Assembly: GCA_965240325.2 (NCBI GenBank)
Contig: OZ251232.1
Location: 620,001-684,000, forward strand
Direction of reading: 5' to 3'
Origin: Rebecca billardiae RCC1528
Taxonomy: Eukaryota > Protista > Haptophyta
DNA length: 64,000 bases
Of this stretch, positions 36,209 through 46,709 are shown piece after piece. Position numbers and translations under genes: made by a program. The notes below the pieces were generated by a model, which worked only from the letters and a program-made list of their open reading frames with translations, was not told the origin of the DNA and ran no database searches. Numbering within the stretch: the first letter of the stretch is position 1; each line of letters starts with the position of its first letter.

Positions 36209-36489
36209 CGTGCGTCTCGCCATGACGCCCGGAGTCGACCCATCTCAGCAGAACCGATGCTGAGCGCCTGAGCTCTCCGTAGTCAGTACTCAGCAATGCG
36301 GTTCTGACGACACTATCATTGGCGGTTCAGACTACTAGCTAGTATACTACTGTAATATTGATGCCGTGGCAGTGACTGTCAGGAGTCCACGTGCACATGA
36401 CTCGCAGCTCCGAGGGATGGCATCCGTCATCGGTCGGCGCGAGACTCGCCGGCCGTGCATCGGCTGCCACAGTGGCGTCAGGCCGCTCA

Positions 36490-37608
36490 TCAGCAGCATG
36501 ACCCGCCGCCGCCCGCGGCGCCGCCCGTCGACGCCGACTTGAAGGGGTTACCGCGGCCGCAGCCCTCGAAGATGCCGTAGTGCGTGTCGAAGCTGCCGAG
36601 GAAGTCGAAGTGCGGCTTGAAGCGCGTCGCGTGCAGCATGTTGTACGTGTTGCCGCAGACCGGAAACACCTTGCCGGTCTGGATGCGGTGGTGCGAGTCG
36701 AGCTCCCACCAGTGCGGGTGGCCCTCGATCGTGCCCTTGTACACCACCGCCTGCCCGTAGTCCTCGCAGTCGGGCTCGAGGAGCCCGCTCAGCTTGAACA
36801 GCCGGTACGTCGCCGAGGTGAAGGCGAGGTGGCCGACCAGCTGCTCGAGCTTCTTGTTGTTCACAGTCACGACCGAGTCCTTCACCAGACGCGGGTCGGC
36901 GAAGCCCGCGCGCTGCGCGAGCCGCTCAAAATCGTTCCAGTACAGCGCGCCGCTCAGGCACTCGCCCCAGAGCACGCTATCCTCCTGCAGCTCGCGCGGC
37001 ACGCGCCTGTCCGCGTACACGTCCGAGAAGTAGAACTCGCCGCCCTCCTTGAGCATCGAGTGCGCCTGCGCGAGCACCGCCGGCTTGTCGGGCGAGAGGT
37101 TGAGCACGCAGTTGGAGATGATCACGTCGAACGAGCCCGGCTTGAGCTCGGGGAGCTCGTCGAGCCGCTCCATGTAGCCCTGCACGAAGCACGTGTTCTT
37201 CTTCTTGTAGCCAAACTTCTGCCGGTGCCACTCCTCGTGCTGCCGCGCCACCTTGAGCTGCTCGTCCGTCATGTCGACGCCAACGACCTCGCCCTCCTCG
37301 CCGACGAACTGGGCGAGGACGTACACGTCGCGCCCGGCGCCGCAGCCCAGGTCGAGCACGCGCTTGCCGCGCAGCTCGTCCGGCGCGACGATCCCGCAGC
37401 CGTAGTACTTTGCGAGGACCTCGTCGTGCACGTTGCGGAGCGCCGCCTTCACCACCTCCGGGATCGACTCGGCGGTGCAGCACGCGTTCGTCTTCAGGTC
37501 GTCGGATGTCTTGAGGACCTTGGCGTAGTACTCCTTCACCGACTCGAGCGTCTCATCGCGCGAGCCGGTCTTCTGCTTCTTCGAGGCGCCGTTCGCCGTC
37601 GGGCTCAT
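36490..37608 (-). CDS. arsM: Arsenite S-adenosylmethionine methyltransferase (ArsM/AS3MT)
   Basis: VKEYYAKVLKTSDDLKTNACC, YYGCG, VLDLGCGAGRD, GVDMTDEQL, ISNCVLNL, WGECLSGALYW, EPDCEDYGQ, VCGNT, C-terminal GGSCC; intronless. Confidence 0.95.
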   Translation of the reverse strand: MSPTANGASKKQKTGSRDETLESVKEYYAKVLKTSDDLKTNACCTAESIPEVVKAALRNVHDEVLAKYYGCGIVAPDELRGKRVLDLGCGAGRDVYVLAQFVGEEGEVVGVDMTDEQLKVARQHEEWHRQKFGYKKKNTCFVQGYMERLDELPELKPGSFDVIISNCVLNLSPDKPAVLAQAHSMLKEGGEFYFSDVYADRRVPRELQEDSVLWGECLSGALYWNDFERLAQRAGFADPRLVKDSVVTVNNKKLEQLVGHLAFTSATYRLFKLSGLLEPDCEDYGQAVVYKGTIEGHPHWWELDSHHRIQTGKVFPVCGNTYNMLHATRFKPHFDFLGSFDTHYGIFEGCGRGNPFKSASTGGAAGGGGSCC

Positions 37609-37676
37609 GGCGTCCACGCTCCTCCGGTCCAGACGTGGACCTCTCTCAGGCTCTCACGAAAGTTCCGGACTCCAGC

Positions 37677-38787
37677 CAAGGGTGTCCAGGGTCCGCAACA
37701 GCCAGTGCGCAGCGCGGCAGAGGCTGGGGAAGAGGCAGGTCGGCGGTCGCCAGTGGCACTCGCCCGCCCGCCGCCCTGCACGGCGGCGGGGCCGCTCGCG
37801 CCGTGCGCTCCTGCGGCCGTCGGATCGGGCTGCGTAGGCGGCGCGCGGCTTGGGCCGTCGCAGAGCCACCCAGCGCCCCTCTCTGCGCCGCGCGCCTTCC
37901 TCGTCCTCGCCTCCTCCGCGCCTTGGAGCAGCACGCACACACGCGGCGCCGCACAAAGGCAGCCCAGGCGCTCGCGTGCAAGCGTGCGCGCGCGCAGCGC
38001 GACGGGCTCGACTCGGGGCTCGCGCCGCTGCGGGGGCAGGCAGCGCCATCACATGCGCGCGCGACGCCACCTCGAACCTGCGCATCGCTGTGACCGTCAC
38101 GCGCCAAATGCTCACACGTCCTCGTGTTGAAGTAGGCCCAATCTGACCAGAACTTGCCATGCGTCAGGACAACTTCTTAGGCAAGACACGATGACAGCTA
38201 CGTACGCGGCGCTTCTCAGCAAGCGTGGAGATCATAAGAGAAGCGCAGGCAAGCATGACCGTCTCCGCATCGATCGCGTCGACGCACTCAAGGCCCGTTG
38301 TGGAAGCTTCCGTCGCACGTGTGATGATGCCAAGTCAGACCATTTTGTAACGTGCATCAGCGTGCACTGACGGTCAAACGCGCAGGCTCAAGGTGGCGTC
38401 GCGCGCGCATGTGATAGCACTGCATGTCCCCGCAGAGGCTCGAACACCGAGTCGAGTCCGTCGCGCGCTGCGCGCGCGCGCTTGCACGCGAGCGCCTGCG
38501 CTGCTTTTGTGGCGGCGCCGCGCGTGTGCGTGCTGCTTCAAGGCGCGGAGGAGGCGAGGACGAGGAAGGCGCGCGGCGCAGAGAGGGGCGCTGGGTGGCT
38601 CTGCGACGGCCCAAGCCGCGCGCCGCCTACGCAGCCCGATCCGACGGCCGCAGGAGCGCACGGCGCGAGCGGCCCCGCCGCCGTGCAGGGCGGCGGGCGG
38701 GCGAGTGCCACTGGCGACCGCCGACCTGCCTCTTCCCCAGCCTCTGCCGCGCTGCGCACTGGCTGTTGCGGACCCTGGACACCCTTG
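37677..38787. mobile_element. Non-autonomous DNA transposon with ~420-bp TIRs, CAAGG termini and 7-bp TSD (P-superfamily-like)
   Basis: TSD CTCCAGC at 37670-37676 and 38788-38794. Left TIR 37677-~38099 (CAAGGGTGTCCAGGGTCCGC...) is the reverse complement of ~38368-38787 (...GCGGACCCTGGACACCCTTG). About 270-bp spacer without a transposase. Confidence 0.88.
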
Positions 38788-38890
38788 CTCCAGCCTCCTC
38801 GACCTCCACGGCCCGGATCCACAGTTGGGTGCGAGCTGTCGTCGGGAGTGCTCACCAGTCGAGCCGTGCCGCACCAGACCCGTCCCGGCC

Positions 38891-39941
38891 ATGTCCTTCA
38901 CCGCTGCCGACGTCGCCTCCGCTACGCTCGCACTCCACGACCACTCCAACGCTCTTGATCAGCGTACGGTCGAGTTGCTGAGGAGCGTAGCAGTAGAGCC
39001 GTCGGCAGCGGCGACCGTCCCGACCAACGTCGCGGCGCGGGTCGCAAAGTGGCTGCAACAGGGTGGCGGTGACGAGCTGCGCAAGTGCCGAACGCCGGCG
39101 TCCATCCTCGCGCAGCTCGGCATGGTCATCGGGCTGCCCAATGCGCCAAAGACAAAGCAAAAGATTTGGATCCCGATCAAGCCCGAGTGGACCTCGCTCC
39201 TCAGCGACAAGGGCGTGCTGGCCCGGCTGTACGCGCATGTTGCGCGCGCATGCCAACACGTGCGTGTCCGGAAATGCGCAGCCAGCGCCGAGTCCGGCAC
39301 ACCGGCGAGTCTCGTGCTCTCCGGAAGCAAGGCGTTGCACGCAGAGCAAGTGATGCCACTAATCGACGCGTTCCTTGCTACCGCGTCCATCACGCCGGCG
39401 CGACGGGCGTCTCGGGTGGCGCCTGGTAAGCGCGCTCGCTACTCCCGGGGCTCCGGGGCTGCCCGCGCAAACAAGCGCGCGGCGGCGTAACGCGAGGCCG
39501 CACGAAGGTAATGGACGTGCCGCTCCGTGCTCCCCACGCACACTGTTCCGCCCTGCAGGTCCGGTGTGTGCCGCCCACCAGCGGCCCGCACAGGTCACTG
39601 TGCAGGCCCCTCGGTGCCGGCGGTCAGGTCCAAGGCTCGGCGCTCGGGATGCGGCGAGAATGGGCCGGCGCGGGCGTGCCTTCGCAAGGCCACCGCTCAT
39701 TGGGCCGGAGGCTCTCGCTGAGATCAAGGAAAGGCAAGCTCGCGCTCGTGAGCAGCGCTCTCGCGCGGCTGCTCGCAAGCAGCATCGCATGCAGCTCCAA
39801 GCCATCAAGGCCTACAAGGCGCAGCAGAGGCCCACTGCTGCCGCTGAGGCCGCGCGCAGACGCAGGTCAGGACGGCAGGGTGGTCGCAAACAGCAGCATC
39901 TTGCCCACTCGATGATGCTGTGGTTGGACGGACCGCTTTGA
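38891..39941 (+). CDS. Hypothetical basic protein
   Basis: ATG 38891 (MSFTAADVASATLALHDH...). It either stops at 39490 or splices GTAAGC(39426)...CCCTGCAG(39558) in phase into an Arg/Lys-rich exon ending at 39941. No family recognised. Confidence 0.45.
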
Positions 39942-40604
39942 CGAGCTAAGACTGAGCAGGGCACGGCGACGGCTTGCTTCAGCTGCTGATCATTGTCACT
40001 GTCTTGGGGCCGCAGCACGGCTCGGAATGATGACGACCGCGCATGCGACGACGATATAATGATATGCCGACATGCGGAGCCTCAGCCTCTGTCTCTGAGT
40101 CTGAGTAGGAGGCTATACGTTTGCTGTGGTGCGAACGAAACGCATCAATCTCGCCTGCCTGAGCGGTGTGCGTCTCTTATTCGATCTCAGTACTGACAGT
40201 GTAGTCCGAACTCCGCCGAAGCCAGGGCCAGGCGTCAGGGTGCACAGATTTTAACAGTGCATGCTGACACCGCCATATAATTCGGCTTTGCACTCGGTAC
40301 CGTGCATAATTTTGTCAATATAATATGTTTTATATTTATAATATACATATGTGTTATATATATATTATATTGTTATAAATTAATATACATATATATATAT
40401 ATATGCGTATCAGTAAGTACTGCCGCTCCGGTGCGGCTGTCGCAGAGCCCTGTGGGCCCACTATAAAGTATTATCAGACGGACCTGCTAAGACCTCTGAG
40501 GCGCGCGCGGTTCAGCAGCAGACTTCCGACGATCGGGTGTTCATCAGCTCGCATGCAATAATATATATATATATACTCTGATTTAATAATAATATATAAT
40601 AATA

Positions 40605-41801
40605 TTAATAATCATCGCTCATGCGGCGGGCGATGACGCCGTCAGCGCGTCCAAGCACGGGCAGTGCCCCGGGACTGCCGTTGTCACAGACGTCGGCAAG
40701 AGCGGCATCAATGCTCTTAGGAGCGGCGTCGCTCGCTCGCCAGCCCGTGAGACCACGCTCGATGCGCGCAGCGTAGCCCGCATGCCCCGCCGAGCCCGGC
40801 GGCCACCAGCGCTCGAAGCATGCCAGCCACCGCTCGTGGTCGTACGCGACTGGGATGGCGTCTGCCCGCACGCCGAGCTCCGGCAGCGCGAGGCCGTAGA
40901 CGGCGTCCTCGGGCACGGTGGTCCAATCGGCGGAGATGCGTGTCATCAGGCCCGCCCGCTCGCACTCAAAGTTTGGGATCCCAGCGGCACCGTTGTTGAA
41001 GACTGCGCCCAATGGTGCATGTGCACCTGCAGCGCTGGCCGGCGACGGGGCGCAGCTCCGGGGGATGGCGTGCGCGTGCGCAGTGCACGTGTGCGTGCTC
41101 GCGAAGATGTCCGCGTTGGCGCGGTCGAGCCAGCATGACACGCGCCGCACGTCTAGCTGCTCCACGGCGAGCCCCCAGCCTGCCAGCGCGAGCGCGTCCC
41201 CGTGCACAACGGCCACGCGCGCGCCTCCGACCTGGTACGCGGCGTACATGGGCAGCTGGGACAGCCAACTGCGCACGCGTGGCAGCGCGGAGGATGCGGC
41301 GGTCCTCAGCTGGCTCACGATCGCGTTGGCGCGCTCGACGACGCTGTCGTCCACGTACTCGGGGTACGCGCACCCGCAGCCGCTGTGGCTCAGCTCCGCG
41401 CCGCCCAGCATGGCCGCCTCAAACTCGACGTTACCAAGCGTGGCTTCCCAGGCGGAGACGCGGGTGTTGATCTCGTCCCACGCAGCAGGGGTCGCGTTGA
41501 AGAAGTTGAAGTCGCCGTTGAACACGACGCGCACCGACCCGCCGCCCGGATCGGCGCGCACGCGCGCCTCCACCGCATCAAGCGCCTGCAAGTTGCCGTA
41601 CAGGCCGCCGACGCAGAAGAGCGTGTCGGCAGGCACGGTCGGGCAGGCAGCAAGCCGCGCGGGCCCATACCCGTAGTGCGGCGGGCACGTTCGGCCCGTG
41701 TCCAGGCTGCTCAGCTGTCGCCCTCGCGCGCCGAGCCCGATGAGGCGCCGAGCAGGCGCAAGCGCGACACTGGCGACAGGCACCGCCATCGTCTTCGACA
41801 T
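40605..41801 (-). CDS. Calcineurin-like metallophosphoesterase-superfamily protein with a degenerate first motif
   Basis: GRTCPPHYGYGP, CVGGLYGNLQAL (in place of GDxHG), VFNGDFNFFN, LGNVEFE, GCGCAYP, VAVVHGD, FASTHTC, VFNNGAAGIPNF. Start at 41801 or 41789; the N-terminus looks like an organellar presequence. Confidence 0.75.
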   Translation of the reverse strand: MSKTMAVPVASVALAPARRLIGLGARGRQLSSLDTGRTCPPHYGYGPARLAACPTVPADTLFCVGGLYGNLQALDAVEARVRADPGGGSVRVVFNGDFNFFNATPAAWDEINTRVSAWEATLGNVEFEAAMLGGAELSHSGCGCAYPEYVDDSVVERANAIVSQLRTAASSALPRVRSWLSQLPMYAAYQVGGARVAVVHGDALALAGWGLAVEQLDVRRVSCWLDRANADIFASTHTCTAHAHAIPRSCAPSPASAAGAHAPLGAVFNNGAAGIPNFECERAGLMTRISADWTTVPEDAVYGLALPELGVRADAIPVAYDHERWLACFERWWPPGSAGHAGYAARIERGLTGWRASDAAPKSIDAALADVCDNGSPGALPVLGRADGVIARRMSDDY

Positions 41802-41932
41802 CGATCGGGTGTGCTCCTCGAGTCCTCGGAGACTCGCAGCAGAAAGGCCGGCCCGGAAGCACTCTTTGCGAGTTCGTGAGAGTCCGGCCGCCACCTGCCG
41901 GCCGCCTAGGCGCCTACACACCTCAACGATCC

Positions 41933-44392
41933 ATGCCGCCGCGCGCGCGAGCCGTTGACGTGGATGTGGCTGCACCTCAGCCGCGCGCGAAGAAGTTGGA
42001 GCTAGGCTATCGCCGCGCGCGCGCGGAGGGCATGCTCATCCTCCCCGACTGTGGCCTCTCGCGCCTTCCCGAGCACGCCTTCGACATATTGACCACCATC
42101 CAGCCGGGCGAAGTGTCGCTCGAATGCCACGCGTCGCAGGAGATCACCAAGATTGACGTGTCGCACAACGCGATCGACGAGCTATCGCCCGAGATGCCGT
42201 GGGACGCCTTCGTCTCGCTCGCTACCTTCCGCGCGCACGACAACCGCATCACGTCGATCGCGGGCACCCTCGAGCGGTGCGAGCGGCTGCAGGTGCTCGA
42301 CCTCTCCAAGAACTGCCTCGCCGGGCCGCTGGTCGCGGACGGGCTGGCATCGCTCGGCGCGCTGCGCGAGCTCGACGTGAGTCACAACCGGCTGACTGAC
42401 CTTGGCCCAAGCCTTCCCGCCTCGCTCGAGGCGCTGCGCGCCGGGCACAACGCGCTCGAGGCGCTGCCGCCCAACCTGGGCGTCTGCGCACGGCTGCGCG
42501 CGCTCAGCGCGGAGCACAACGCGCTCACGCACCTCGAGCTCGCGCTGCCGTCGCTCGCGCACGTCGAGCTCTCTCACAACCGGCTCGGCGCCTCGGGCGC
42601 GCGGCCCTCGCTCGGCGGCTGCCCCGCGCTCGAGTACCTCGACCTTCGCGACAACGGGCTGCGCGCGCTGCCGTCGCTGCCGCCGCTGTGCTCGTCGCAT
42701 CTCTCCAGGCTCTACCTCTCGTTCAACGCCATCGCGGAGATGGAGGACGGCGCCGAGCCGGACGGGCTGCCGCCGCTCGGCGGCTCGCTCGTCGAGCTGC
42801 ACCTCACCGACAACCGCGTGCGCGGCCTGCCCGCGCCGCTGTGCGCGCGTCTGAGCGCGCTCAAAGTGCTCGCGCTGACCAACAACGAGATTGCCGATCT
42901 CCCGTCGGAGCTGGGGTACGTGCGCGCGCTCGGCACGCTCAGCGTGGACGGCAACCCGCTCAAGCAGCTCCGCCGCTCGCTCTGGTCCTCGTGCGAGGCG
43001 CTCAAGCGCGCGCTGCGCACCCGCGGCCCGCCGCCTGGCACCGGGCCGCTCTACCTGCCAGCGGACGACGACGGGTTTGGGCCCGCGGCCGCGGGCGCGG
43101 CCAGGGGCGGCGCGGGCGGCGCGGCGCTGCTGGAGGCGTCGGAGCTGGCGCACGTGGCGCGCGAGGCGGCGTCGGGCGCGCGCGTGCTCGAGCTCAGCGG
43201 CCGCTCGCTCGGCTGGCTCCCGCTCGAGGCGCTGCGAGCGCTCGAGGCGCTGCCGCCGCCGCACGGCGTCAGCACGCTTGGCGGCGGCGGCGGTGGGAGC
43301 GGCGGATGGCCCGGCGGCGGCGGCGGCGGCGAGCCCGAAGCAGGGGAGAGCGCCCTCGAGCACGTGCGCGCCCTGCGCTTCGGCGCCAACCCCACGCTGC
43401 ACGGCAGCCTCCTCGGCACTGAGCAGGCCTCGGCGGCCGCGCCGCTGCTGCTTCGGATGCGCAGCCTCGCGGAGGTCGAGCTGTCGGGCTGCGCGCTCAG
43501 CTCGGTGAGTGGGCTGGCGCCCCTGTGCGCGCTGCCCACGCTGCGCGCGCTCGGCCTCGGCGCCAACCGCCTCTCGGCCGAGGCCATCGACTCCCTCCTG
43601 CTCCCCGGCTCGGAGGGCGCGCAGCCGGCCGCCGCGCGCGCCCAGAGCGGCGCGCTCCCCCCGGCGTGTGCCACGTCCCTGGAGCTGCTCGAGCTCTCGG
43701 CCAACGGGCTGCTCGAGCTGCCGCGCTGCGTGACGCAGCTGCCGCGGCTGCACACGCTCACGCTCGCGCACAACCGGCTGGAGCACCTCGACGCGTGGCG
43801 CGGCGCCACGCCCGCGCTCGCGCACCTCGACCTGAGCAACAACCGGCTGCGCTCGCTCGGCGCCCTCCCCGCCGCCCTCCGCGCCAGCGGCGGCGCCATC
43901 CGCAGCCTCTCCGTGGCGAACAACGAGCTGGGTGAGATCCCGCCCGCGCTCGGCCACCTCACCTCGCTGCACGGCCTCGCCATCGGCGGCAACCCGCAGA
44001 AGGGCGTGCGCGCCAGCATGCTCGAGAAGGGCACGGTGGCGGTCCTCGCGTACCTGCGGGACCGCGAGCACCTCGCGCCCGCCGAGCCGCGCGCGCCCGC
44101 GCAGCACGGCGGCGCCGGCCGGCCTGCTGACGCGGGCGCGATGTCTGGCGGGGCGATCGGCGGGCCGGCGCCTGGGGCGTGCTCGTCGGCGCCCGCCGCG
44201 ACTGGCTCCTCGGCCAAGGAGCAGCAGCTGCGCGAGGCGCTGCGTGAGGCGGAGGCGCGGCTGAACGGCAGCGCGCAGCACGGGCTGAGCGAGGCCAAGC
44301 GCTTCGCGCTCAAGAAGGAGGCTGCCAAGCTCAAGGCCGAGCTGCTGCGCGAGGAGCGGCGCCAACGGGAGGCTCGCACGGCCTGTGGATGA
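41933..44392 (+). CDS. LRRC40: Leucine-rich repeat protein, LRRC40-like
   Basis: Many LxxLxLxxNxL repeats in two blocks. N-terminal RRARAEGMLILPDCGLSRLPEHAF and caps LSVDGNPLKQLRRSL and LAIGGNPQKGVRASMLEKGTVAVLAYLRDR resemble LRRC40. Confidence 0.8.
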   Translation: MPPRARAVDVDVAAPQPRAKKLELGYRRARAEGMLILPDCGLSRLPEHAFDILTTIQPGEVSLECHASQEITKIDVSHNAIDELSPEMPWDAFVSLATFRAHDNRITSIAGTLERCERLQVLDLSKNCLAGPLVADGLASLGALRELDVSHNRLTDLGPSLPASLEALRAGHNALEALPPNLGVCARLRALSAEHNALTHLELALPSLAHVELSHNRLGASGARPSLGGCPALEYLDLRDNGLRALPSLPPLCSSHLSRLYLSFNAIAEMEDGAEPDGLPPLGGSLVELHLTDNRVRGLPAPLCARLSALKVLALTNNEIADLPSELGYVRALGTLSVDGNPLKQLRRSLWSSCEALKRALRTRGPPPGTGPLYLPADDDGFGPAAAGAARGGAGGAALLEASELAHVAREAASGARVLELSGRSLGWLPLEALRALEALPPPHGVSTLGGGGGGSGGWPGGGGGGEPEAGESALEHVRALRFGANPTLHGSLLGTEQASAAAPLLLRMRSLAEVELSGCALSSVSGLAPLCALPTLRALGLGANRLSAEAIDSLLLPGSEGAQPAAARAQSGALPPACATSLELLELSANGLLELPRCVTQLPRLHTLTLAHNRLEHLDAWRGATPALAHLDLSNNRLRSLGALPAALRASGGAIRSLSVANNELGEIPPALGHLTSLHGLAIGGNPQKGVRASMLEKGTVAVLAYLRDREHLAPAEPRAPAQHGGAGRPADAGAMSGGAIGGPAPGACSSAPAATGSSAKEQQLREALREAEARLNGSAQHGLSEAKRFALKKEAAKLKAELLREERRQREARTACG

Positions 44393-44908
44393 TCCGCGGC
44401 CCGCGGTTGGGAGCTGCGGGCGCGGACGCTGCAGCACCACTCCCGTGGCGTAGTGATGCGGATGACGACGGCCTCAGGCCTGGCACAGGCCCGCTGGCAC
44501 TCATCCGCCGACTACTCCGCAATAATACGCGCGGCGGTCACGACGAAGCCTCACGCCTCGTCGCCTGAGCCGTCGCCTCGCGGCCGCCACTCATATTAAT
44601 AATTATTTTAATAATAAATTATTAATATATGACTCAGAAGTCATATAGCTAGTCAATAGTCATATATATATATATACTGTACTCTACGACTCCTCACTCA
44701 CTCAATAACACGCCATCACACGGCGCCGGGCACGCGGGCACGGCGATCATCATCAGACAATATGACACGCGCTGTCACTATGCATGCTGTCTGTGACTGA
44801 TGTCCGACTACGGTGACGGTGTCGCCGCCGATGCGATTGATGCGCGGATGCGATGGGGCGGGGGCCCCAGCGATGGCACGCGGTGCGCCGGCACCGCCGG
44901 GCAGACAC

Positions 44909-45847
44909 TCAGACAGGCGGCGCACCGCTGCGAGCTGCGCAGGTGCGCTGCATCTCAGCCATGAGAGGCGTGTTCCGCCGTGCTTCATGGGCAGCCCTCG
45001 GATCTCGTAGATCGAGATATGCCCTTCTGGCGAACGACCTCGGTTTCAGCTTTTGCGGAAACGCCGCAACCCAACCCGGCGGGCGCTCGACCTCGGCGAC
45101 GCACCAGCCCTTCAGCCCGTACTGACGGTGGGTCAACGCGGTGCAGTTACGCTGACGGAGCACGCCATCCTTCTTGAACGTGGTATATGCGCCGAGCACG
45201 CCACGAAAGCGCGGCGTCACGTCGTCTCCGACGAACACGGTTCGGCGGGACGAGCCTGGCCCGTGTGCGGCGCGTACTGCGTTGTAGTAGTCCACGAATG
45301 CTCCGAGCGCACGGTGGTCGCCGTCGGCCATGATCAGGTCGCAGGGTGGCATGCACCCGTCCTCGACCGCGTCCGCATACGTAGCGAATGTCTTGGCCGA
45401 ATCGCCGACGAAGAAGCGCGTGCGTCCGGGGTACGCCTGCTCCACAAACGCGCGTGACGCGTTTGAGTGGAGAAGCGACATCACGTCAAACTCCAACAAC
45501 GTATGCGTGCGAGTGCCCTCGAGCCACATGATGGCGGAATGCCCGCCGTTGAAGCCGATCTCGCACACCACTGCCCGCTCGGGCAGCTCCGATGCCAAGG
45601 TGCGCAGTGCGTTGACTTGCTTCGGCAGCTGGCCAGCGTGCCCATTGACAGACCAGTAATAGGTGGTCGATCTCTTCACCTGCCGCGCGAAGCGACCGCC
45701 GATGTCCGTGGCCTTGCGGAGCATCTCTTCAAGCTTCGGATCTGGTGCGGCGGTGTCCTCAGGCGGTTGCTGCGCATTCGCGCGAGCGCACGCGACGGCG
45801 ACGGCCATCATGGAGCATAGCCTCTGCACGAGCGTCGCCGGCGGCAT
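44909..45847 (-). CDS. Class I SAM-dependent methyltransferase (Methyltransf_24-like) with signal peptide
   Basis: VVCEIGFNGGHSAIMWL, FFVGDSAKTF, CDLIMADGDH, VFVGDD; hydrophobic N-terminus. Confidence 0.8.
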   Translation of the reverse strand: MPPATLVQRLCSMMAVAVACARANAQQPPEDTAAPDPKLEEMLRKATDIGGRFARQVKRSTTYYWSVNGHAGQLPKQVNALRTLASELPERAVVCEIGFNGGHSAIMWLEGTRTHTLLEFDVMSLLHSNASRAFVEQAYPGRTRFFVGDSAKTFATYADAVEDGCMPPCDLIMADGDHRALGAFVDYYNAVRAAHGPGSSRRTVFVGDDVTPRFRGVLGAYTTFKKDGVLRQRNCTALTHRQYGLKGWCVAEVERPPGWVAAFPQKLKPRSFARRAYLDLRDPRAAHEARRNTPLMAEMQRTCAARSGAPPV

Positions 45848-46709
45848 CGGACCAGGCCACCAGCTGCAGCGCGCGGCGCATCGATGAAGAAGATCAGTAT
45901 TGACTTTTACTTGCTGATGAAATTTTTGGCCTTTATTGCCCTTTGGTCCTTTGGTCCACGCACAGTGTCAGAGGCATGCAATCAGCAATGGCGGCGTGCC
46001 GACCAGCGAGGCGCAAGGGGGCTTCTTGATCCAGCTCTGCGCGCCACGGCTCGTGTTTGCGCCGTACCCACGCGGCACTCCTTGGGTGTACCTTGGCCCC
46101 CTGCACAAGGGAACGTGATACCGCGGTCTGCGATCATCGAAGACCACGCCTGCCGAGTGCCGCGACCAGTCCTGAGCATGAGGCCCGCGGCCGGGTCCCA
46201 CGCCCGGCCGCGCCGGCGTGTTGCCAGTCGCGACCGCGCCAGCGGCCCATGCGGGCACTGCGCGTGGCTTTGCGCGTGACCTGTGGCTCACGAAGGCCGT
46301 CACTGTGCGGTCTCCGGACTACGGTTCCGACGGCCGGGGCCGGACCTGGCATGGCGCCGCCCCCGCGCCCGGCCCGGCGGCCCGCGGCCCGGTCCCCGGG
46401 TTGGCCGGGTTCGGCCCTGCCCGGCGTAACTGACTCAGCTTAGATCGATGGCGAATTATGCTACGTACGTGGATGACCTCGGATGGATAGAAAGAAGCTT
46501 ACGGTGCGTCGTAAGCTATACCGCTAATTCCAGGATGGGCAGCTTATTAAAAGGTACGTACGCCCACGCACTGTCATCCTGCCTGCCCGGCCTGCCCCCG
46601 ACCCTGGGGCTGCAGACAGGTGATGGTAGATCGCGCGCAAGCCGAGAGATGGATTCTGGCTACGGGTGGCACGGATGGGTGCTTGGCTTTCAGCATGCGC
46701 GGCGCCGCA

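Noticed and set aside
44592-44632. AT-only near-palindrome, with similar AT islands at 40300-40410 and 40555-40610
   Set aside because: Self-complementarity is expected in A/T-only sequence; most likely 3' intergenic low-complexity DNA.
45884-46443. ORF MKKISIDFYLLMKFLAFIALW and neighbouring short ORFs
   Set aside because: Starts in the AT-rich upstream region of the methyltransferase gene; atypical codon usage and no motifs.
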